In this document: positions 14,778-19,634 of the stretch, in pieces | Layout of the letters: every line of letters begins with the position of its first letter | Position numbering within the stretch: the stretch's first letter is position 1 | Source: Acidobacteriota bacterium | Lineage (GTDB): Bacteria > Acidobacteriota > UBA6911 > JACQSX01 | Assembly (NCBI GenBank): GCA_036507075.1 | Contig: DASXQR010000131.1 | Coordinates: 1 to 19,634 of the forward strand | Direction: 5' to 3' | DNA length: 19,634 nt | The notes under the pieces: model-generated | Seen by the model: only the letters and a program-made list of their open reading frames with translations | The model's database searches: none | What the model was told of the DNA's origin: nothing | Program-made: the position numbers and the translations under genes

Positions 14778-16982
14778 TCATTGTTTACAGTTCGAGACTA
14801 CAAAAGAGATGGCGTTTGACAACACTCCGCCGATCTCAACGCGCAGTGTGTAGCTGCCCTCAGTTCCTTCGCCAAACTTTCCTTCTAGACTGAAGCTGCC
14901 GTTGGTGTCAGTTTTGCGCCATTCTGCAATCTCCCAGGATTGACCATTGCTGGTTCCCAAGAGGCGTATCGAGGTATTGCGCAGACCGTCGCTCATCTTT
15001 AACTTCCACGAATCTCCGACGCAGTATCCTGTGGAATCCAGGGTGAGTACTGGCGAAGTAAAAGTAATCTCAAAGACCCCACCGCCAAACGTCCCCAGGA
15101 AGAGGCGATTTGGATTTTGCGGATCAATGGCCAGCGCAGGGCGTTCAAAAAGACTGCCCGTCAAGCCTTCCAAACTCACGGGGCTCCAACTGGTTCCCCC
15201 GTCCGTGCTTTTGAAAATTCCGGCGTAGCCATATGCAGCCGCGGCATATAGCGTCGCCGGATTTTGCGGATCCATTGCCAGCAAGCAGCTATTCGGTAAG
15301 CCCAACTGGAGCCAGGTTCTGCCCCCGTCAGTGCTCTTAAACACACCGGCGCACGTGTACTCATAGGAGCGGATCGTTGAAGCCGTCGCATATATTGTGC
15401 CTGAGTCTTGCGGATCAATTGTCAGCGAAGGAATTCCGCCGGGAGAGAAAGTATCGATGGAGTAATCACCGCGCGGCGCCAACCCGGAGTTGACAGCACT
15501 CCAGTTTCTTCCTCCATCTGCGCTTTTGAATACACGGTTTTCAAGGTCTCCTGCATAGAGCATACTCGTGCTTTGCGGATCGATCGCCAGCGCAGTGAGA
15601 CAATGCACACCTTGCGGCAAGTCCAATTTTGTCCACGTTCTTCCTCCATCGGCGCTCTTGAAATCTCCCGCGTAGATCGTGCTCGGGTCTTGGGGATCGA
15701 TCACCAGGAAGAAGGAACAACCGCGCAAGCTCAACTCTGCCCAGTTTGTTCCCCCGTCCGTACTCTTGAAGATGCCGTTGTAAGTCCCCGCGTACACCGT
15801 GCCCGGGCTGTGCGGATCAACCGTAAGGAAAAGGGGAGTGTCGCGCAGGCCGTGGCTTGCTGTCCACTTCGCTCCGCCATCTGTGCTTTTGTATACTCCG
15901 CCACCCTGCACAGTTCCCGCGTATACTGTGCTCGGATTCTGAGGATCGACCGCTACCGCCGTAATCGAAGTAGCGTTAATCCCGGAATTGACCGCACTCC
16001 AGTTCGCTCCTCCGTCGGCGCTCTTGAACACTCCACTGCCCCACGTGCCTCTATAGATAGTGCTGGAATCTTGGGTTCCCGGGGCAAGCGCGAGGGCAAA
16101 AACCGGCAGGCCGCGATCGACCACAGTCCAGCTACTGCCGCCGTCTGTGGTCTTGAAGACCACTGAAACTGCGGCACAATAGAGCGTGCTCGGGTTTTGC
16201 GTGTCAATTACCAATGCAGTAACAAAGCGTTCCTTTACCGGCAAGGCTAAACTTACCCAGCTTTCTCCTCCATCTGTGCTTTTGAAGATGCCGTTGTCAG
16301 TCCCCGCGTACAACGTGCTCGGGTTTTGCGGATCAATCGCCACGGCCGCGCGGTGCAAATCAGAAAACAGTAGATGCCAGTTCGTTCCCCCATCCGTGCT
16401 CTTGAATATCCCGCGGTCCTCAACCCCCGCGTAAAGTGTGCCCGAATTCAGCGGGTCAATCGCCAGGGCCATCACCTTATTCTTGCCGTCGCCGATCAGG
16501 CTGGAGTTCGCAGCCCTCCAACTTGCTCCACCATCCATAGTTTTGAATACTCCACTGTCAATCGCGGCGTAAACCGTGCTCGGGTTCTGCGGGTCAACCA
16601 GGAGAACCGAGACTTGTCCTTTCGGCAACCCGAAATTTGCGTCAGCCCAGTTCGTTCCTCCGTCGGTGCTCTTGAGAATCCCACGCTCCCAATCCCCCGC
16701 GTATACGGTATTCGAATTTTGCGGATCAATCACGAGCGCAGAAGCGGAAATGCGCAAGGGCGTCCAGCTTTCTCCGCTATTCGTGCTCTTGAATAACCCG
16801 CGCAAGCTGGCGTTGGCGTACAGTGTGTTGGGGTTTTTCGGATCAACGACGAGGAGGTCGATGTTTCCTCCATCCGGTCCATGGCTTGTCCACACGTTGG
16901 TTCCCGCAGAAATTCTTCCCACGCCTGTCGCCAGGATACTCAGCACCATGATCAAAACTCGCCCTTCTGTAAAGGTCTTCAT
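14778..16982 (-). CDS. Secreted Asp-box double beta-propeller protein A with the shared C-terminal domain
   Basis: RBS GGAGGAG, signal peptide, AGTNVWTSHGPDG, 13 Asp boxes (consistent with 2 x 7 blades). C-terminal domain at 14781-15053. Confidence 0.9.
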   Translation of the reverse strand: MKTFTEGRVLIMVLSILATGVGRISAGTNVWTSHGPDGGNIDLLVVDPKNPNTLYANASLRGLFKSTNSGESWTPLRISASALVIDPQNSNTVYAGDWERGILKSTDGGTNWADANFGLPKGQVSVLLVDPQNPSTVYAAIDSGVFKTMDGGASWRAANSSLIGDGKNKVMALAIDPLNSGTLYAGVEDRGIFKSTDGGTNWHLLFSDLHRAAVAIDPQNPSTLYAGTDNGIFKSTDGGESWVSLALPVKERFVTALVIDTQNPSTLYCAAVSVVFKTTDGGSSWTVVDRGLPVFALALAPGTQDSSTIYRGTWGSGVFKSADGGANWSAVNSGINATSITAVAVDPQNPSTVYAGTVQGGGVYKSTDGGAKWTASHGLRDTPLFLTVDPHSPGTVYAGTYNGIFKSTDGGTNWAELSLRGCSFFLVIDPQDPSTIYAGDFKSADGGRTWTKLDLPQGVHCLTALAIDPQSTSMLYAGDLENRVFKSADGGRNWSAVNSGLAPRGDYSIDTFSPGGIPSLTIDPQDSGTIYATASTIRSYEYTCAGVFKSTDGGRTWLQLGLPNSCLLAMDPQNPATLYAAAAYGYAGIFKSTDGGTSWSPVSLEGLTGSLFERPALAIDPQNPNRLFLGTFGGGVFEITFTSPVLTLDSTGYCVGDSWKLKMSDGLRNTSIRLLGTSNGQSWEIAEWRKTDTNGSFSLEGKFGEGTEGSYTLRVEIGGVLSNAISFVVSNCKQ

Positions 16983-16991
16983 GATCTCCTC

Positions 16992-17438
16992 CTACTGTTT
17001 TTCCAGCACTAAATGCCGGACGAAGCGGCGGCCGTCGGACGGTTGCTCCGAAATGTCCAGGATCAGCTCTTTCGCCTGAGCCGATAATCGCCGCACGAGG
17101 CGGATCCGCCTGCCGCTGTCGCAATTGCGAAGGATCTCTACGGTCCCGTTGTCCAATCGGCGCGACGATTGGGTTCCCGAACACTTGAGTTCCTGAAAAT
17201 CCCGGGCCTTTCCATCCAAGTACAGAATGGTGCTGGATGTCGTGGCACGGCCGTCCCACCAGATCGTGTCTATCGTGAACACCTCCCCCTTGGCATGCGG
17301 TTCAATCCGCACGGTGAAGCTCTTGGGGTGAGGGTCTCCGATGAAGGTCGAGCGGGTTGGATCCATCTTCCAGGTTCCCAATGCCCCTTGAGCCGAGCAG
17401 GATGCGGCAAACAGGATCATCAGTGGGATGGCTCGCAT
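16992..17438 (-). CDS. Small secreted hypothetical protein (lipocalin-like GTWK beta-barrel)
   Basis: Likely start MRAIPLMILFAASCSAQ (alternative start 17456). LGTWKMDPTRS near the N-terminus, beta-rich body, ends LVLEKQ 9 nt before the next gene. Confidence 0.75.
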   Translation of the reverse strand: MRAIPLMILFAASCSAQGALGTWKMDPTRSTFIGDPHPKSFTVRIEPHAKGEVFTIDTIWWDGRATTSSTILYLDGKARDFQELKCSGTQSSRRLDNGTVEILRNCDSGRRIRLVRRLSAQAKELILDISEQPSDGRRFVRHLVLEKQ

Positions 17439-17488
17439 AATTGGAATAGTTTGCATACGCGAGAGAGTGATCCGGTTTAAAAGCGAAG

Positions 17489-17518
17489 AAAAGTTGAAAG
17501 GGGTTGAAAAGGGGTTGT
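17489..17518. promoter_or_regulatory. Phased direct repeats in the divergent promoter region
   Basis: AAAAGTTGAA AGGGGTTGAA AAGGGGTTGT, with GTTG at 17493, 17503 and 17514 (10 and 11 bp spacing). Confidence 0.5.
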
Positions 17519-17563
17519 ATAACATTTGCACTCATTTGAAAACTAAGGAAATCCTCCAGACTT

Positions 17564-19348
17564 ATGGAGCCCCAGGAGTTCAACCGGCAAGCCGTCCGGC
17601 AGCAATTGGAGCGGGTATTTTCGAGCGCGGGGTTTGTCCACAACGAGCGCCTGTCCCGATTCCTCCGGTTTGTCGTCGAGCAGCATCTGGAGGGTAAGGA
17701 CAGCGAGTTGAAGGAATCGCTCATTGCCGTCGAAGTTTTCGGCCGCAAGCCGGATTTCGACCCCAAGCTGGATGCAATTGTGAGGACCGAGGCAGTGCGG
17801 CTTCGGGCGCGGCTTAGCAAGTATTACGCGAGCGAAGGCAGCGGGGATCCGCTGATCATCGAACTGCCGAAGGGCGGTTACATACCCGTGTTTCGCCAGG
17901 TTGAGGCCGCGCGTGAGGAGCGGAAAACCCGCTTTGGGCGGCTGTGGGTTACGGTCGCGCTTTCTGCCCTTGCTATTGCACTGTCAGCCATAGGCTGGTG
18001 GGGGAGTTTGCATAGAAGCGCGCCCATCGATATCGCCGTTGTGCCACTGGACAACTTGAGCCGCGATCCAGCCGACGATTACTTTGCCGACGGGCTCAGC
18101 GACGAGATTATTCGCAACCTTTCGGTAATCGATGGGCTCGCAGTTCGCTCCCGGACTTCATCCTTTGCTCTGAAGGGCAAGCCGCGGAATGTGCGTGAGG
18201 CAGGAAGGCAATTGGGAGCCAGCTACATCCTGGAAGGTTCCGTGCTGCGCGCCGGCCAGCGGTTGCGGATCAACGCTCAGTTGGTTCGCGTGCGTGACGA
18301 TTTCACGCTGTGGTCGGGCAGGTTTGACCGCGAGTTGACCGATGTCTTCGCCATCCAGGACGAGATTGCCCTGGGTATCGTGAATAACTTGCGGCTGAAG
18401 CTCGGCCGCGGCCGGCGGCGTTACGAAACCAGCGTCGAAGCCTACGATCTGTATCTTCGCGCCCGCGCTCATGCTTTCAACGTAGACGCCTTGGATCAAG
18501 CTATCAGGCGTTTCGAGCAAGTAATTTCCAAGGATTCTTCGTTTGCGCCCGCCTATGCGGGTCTCGCATCGGCTTACGCTCAGCGGTCTGTTGTGTTCCC
18601 TTTGGATCATCCTGCCGATGAGTTGTTGAAAATGCGAACAGCAGCCGAGAAGGCGATTCAATTGGACCCACTGCTGGCGGAAGCACACGACGCGCTCGGC
18701 ATGGTGTACGCACGCGAGGGGGAGTGGGAACAGGCGGAAAAGAGCTTTCGCCGCGCCATCGAGCTCGATCGCAATCGCTCGGGCACGTACATAGATTACG
18801 GATACTGGCTACTGGCGGTGCTCGGCCGCCTCGACGAGGCACTCCAGCAGTTGCACGCTGCCGAGAAAGCCGACCCGCTTGCACACGAGGTTCGCGGGGT
18901 CCTGGCCACCGTACTCATTTCCGCTGGCCGATACGATGAGGCGGCCGATTATTGCCTGAAGTTGCCTGCCGATAATCCTTTCAAGAGCCAGTTTCTCGCT
19001 CGCGCGCGGTTTGGTCAGGGGAGGACGGGAGAGGCACTCCATCTCCTCACTAATGACCCGCATGTGCCCAGGAATCCGCAGGGCCGGGGCTTTCTCGGTT
19101 ACGTCTATGCTCGATCGGGGCGACGTGAGGAAGCTGAGAAGATGGCGGCAGCTTCCAATTACCCGAACGAGCAAGCTTTGATTTTCGCCGGACTCGGGGA
19201 CAAGGAGCGCACCCTTGAAGCCGTCGATCGCATGACTGCCCTGGGACCGCAGCGTGTGGGTCTGTACCTGAATTATCCGGAACTGGCTCTGCTTCGCGGG
19301 GATCCGCGTGTGAAGACATTTCGGAAGAAAATCGGCCTCCCCGAATAG
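17564..19348 (+). CDS. Membrane-anchored regulator: putative N-terminal DNA-binding domain, one TM helix, TolB-N-like domain and TPR repeats
   Basis: N-terminal LSRFLRFVVE...LKESLIAVEVFGR..DFDPKLDAIVRTEAVRLRARL..YY...IELPKGGYIP. TM helix LWVTVALSALAIALSAIGWW. TolB-like IAVVPLDNLS...YFADGLSDEII..L...RTSSF...LEGSV. TPR-like AYDLYLRA and AIQLDPLLAEAH. Confidence 0.9.
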   Translation: MEPQEFNRQAVRQQLERVFSSAGFVHNERLSRFLRFVVEQHLEGKDSELKESLIAVEVFGRKPDFDPKLDAIVRTEAVRLRARLSKYYASEGSGDPLIIELPKGGYIPVFRQVEAAREERKTRFGRLWVTVALSALAIALSAIGWWGSLHRSAPIDIAVVPLDNLSRDPADDYFADGLSDEIIRNLSVIDGLAVRSRTSSFALKGKPRNVREAGRQLGASYILEGSVLRAGQRLRINAQLVRVRDDFTLWSGRFDRELTDVFAIQDEIALGIVNNLRLKLGRGRRRYETSVEAYDLYLRARAHAFNVDALDQAIRRFEQVISKDSSFAPAYAGLASAYAQRSVVFPLDHPADELLKMRTAAEKAIQLDPLLAEAHDALGMVYAREGEWEQAEKSFRRAIELDRNRSGTYIDYGYWLLAVLGRLDEALQQLHAAEKADPLAHEVRGVLATVLISAGRYDEAADYCLKLPADNPFKSQFLARARFGQGRTGEALHLLTNDPHVPRNPQGRGFLGYVYARSGRREEAEKMAAASNYPNEQALIFAGLGDKERTLEAVDRMTALGPQRVGLYLNYPELALLRGDPRVKTFRKKIGLPE

Positions 19349-19364
19349 CGGGCATCAGAATTAA

Positions 19365-19430
19365 TCCTCCCCTCTCCTTCCCTCTTGCTTCGGCAAGGCC
19401 AGCCTTGCCGAAAATTTTCTTTCGCAGATT
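19365..19430 (+). repeat. Repeat family R1 copy, probably a terminator between convergent genes
   Basis: CT tract, TTCGGCAAGGCCAGCCTTGCCGAA hairpin, then AATTTTCTTTCGCAGA. Confidence 0.85.
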
Positions 19431-19454
19431 TTGGGGATCGTATTTTTCTCGGAA

Positions 19455-19634
19455 TCAGCGCATCAGCCATTTGTCGAGAAATGCGAAAGCGGTGTCGCCG
19501 TAGACGATGTGCCCTCCTTCAAAGAGACCAAACTCTGCCCGCTCGTCGACCCCCAGCTTCTGATAGAAGCTCTTCAGAAGCGCGAACTCCGCTTGAGCCA
19601 TCGGATAGTAAACGACACGGTCCTTCGTTCCCTG
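19455..19634 (-). CDS. Alpha/beta hydrolase (dienelactone hydrolase/acetylxylan esterase-like), C-terminal end; runs off the window
   Basis: QGTKDRVVYYPMAQAEFALLKSFYQKLGVDERAEFGLFEGGHIVYGDTAFAFLDKWLMR*, with G..D and F.GGH catalytic Asp/His contexts. Not in the ORF track. Confidence 0.8.
   Translation of the reverse strand, partial: QGTKDRVVYYPMAQAEFALLKSFYQKLGVDERAEFGLFEGGHIVYGDTAFAFLDKWLMR

Noticed and set aside
12039..15053. Repeated C-terminal blocks as the template and variable repeats of a diversity-generating retroelement
   Set aside because: All three copies are coding, the differences are not confined to adenines by inspection, and there is no reverse transcriptase in the window.
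12315..16900. Recurring GTGCTCTTGAA and GGATCGATCGCCAG motifs every 120-150 bp, superficially CRISPR-like
   Set aside because: They are the codons for FKST-DGG and LAIDP in in-frame propeller blades. The copies are degenerate and no cas genes are present.

Overview
GC-rich accessory region, probably from an Acidobacteriota-like soil bacterium (inferred from the gene families and repeat style). It has two parts. (1) Bases 1-8800 are a rearranged zone. Intact genes are a SAM methyltransferase with integron-cassette-like ends, a BlaI / M56 / serine-hydrolase (beta-lactamase family) operon and a GrpB-family gene. They sit among about 9 gene fragments, most not visible in the ORF track: tannase, DUF1801, RidA split with its C-terminus inverted, an S41 peptidase tail, an HXXEE tail and membrane-protein pieces. 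REP-like palindromes and a tRNA 3'-end remnant are also present. (2) Bases 8800-19350 are an intact module. A membrane-anchored TolB/TPR regulator is divergent from an operon encoding a small secreted protein, three secreted Asp-box (BNR/VPS10-like) beta-propeller proteins and an Oar-type TonB-dependent transporter. The three propellers end in the same 91-aa Cys-bracketed C-terminal domain. This shared domain next to the outer-membrane barrel is the best candidate for an undescribed docking or sorting system. A non-canonical palindromic operator for the BlaI-like repressor occurs three times, twice inside coding sequence.
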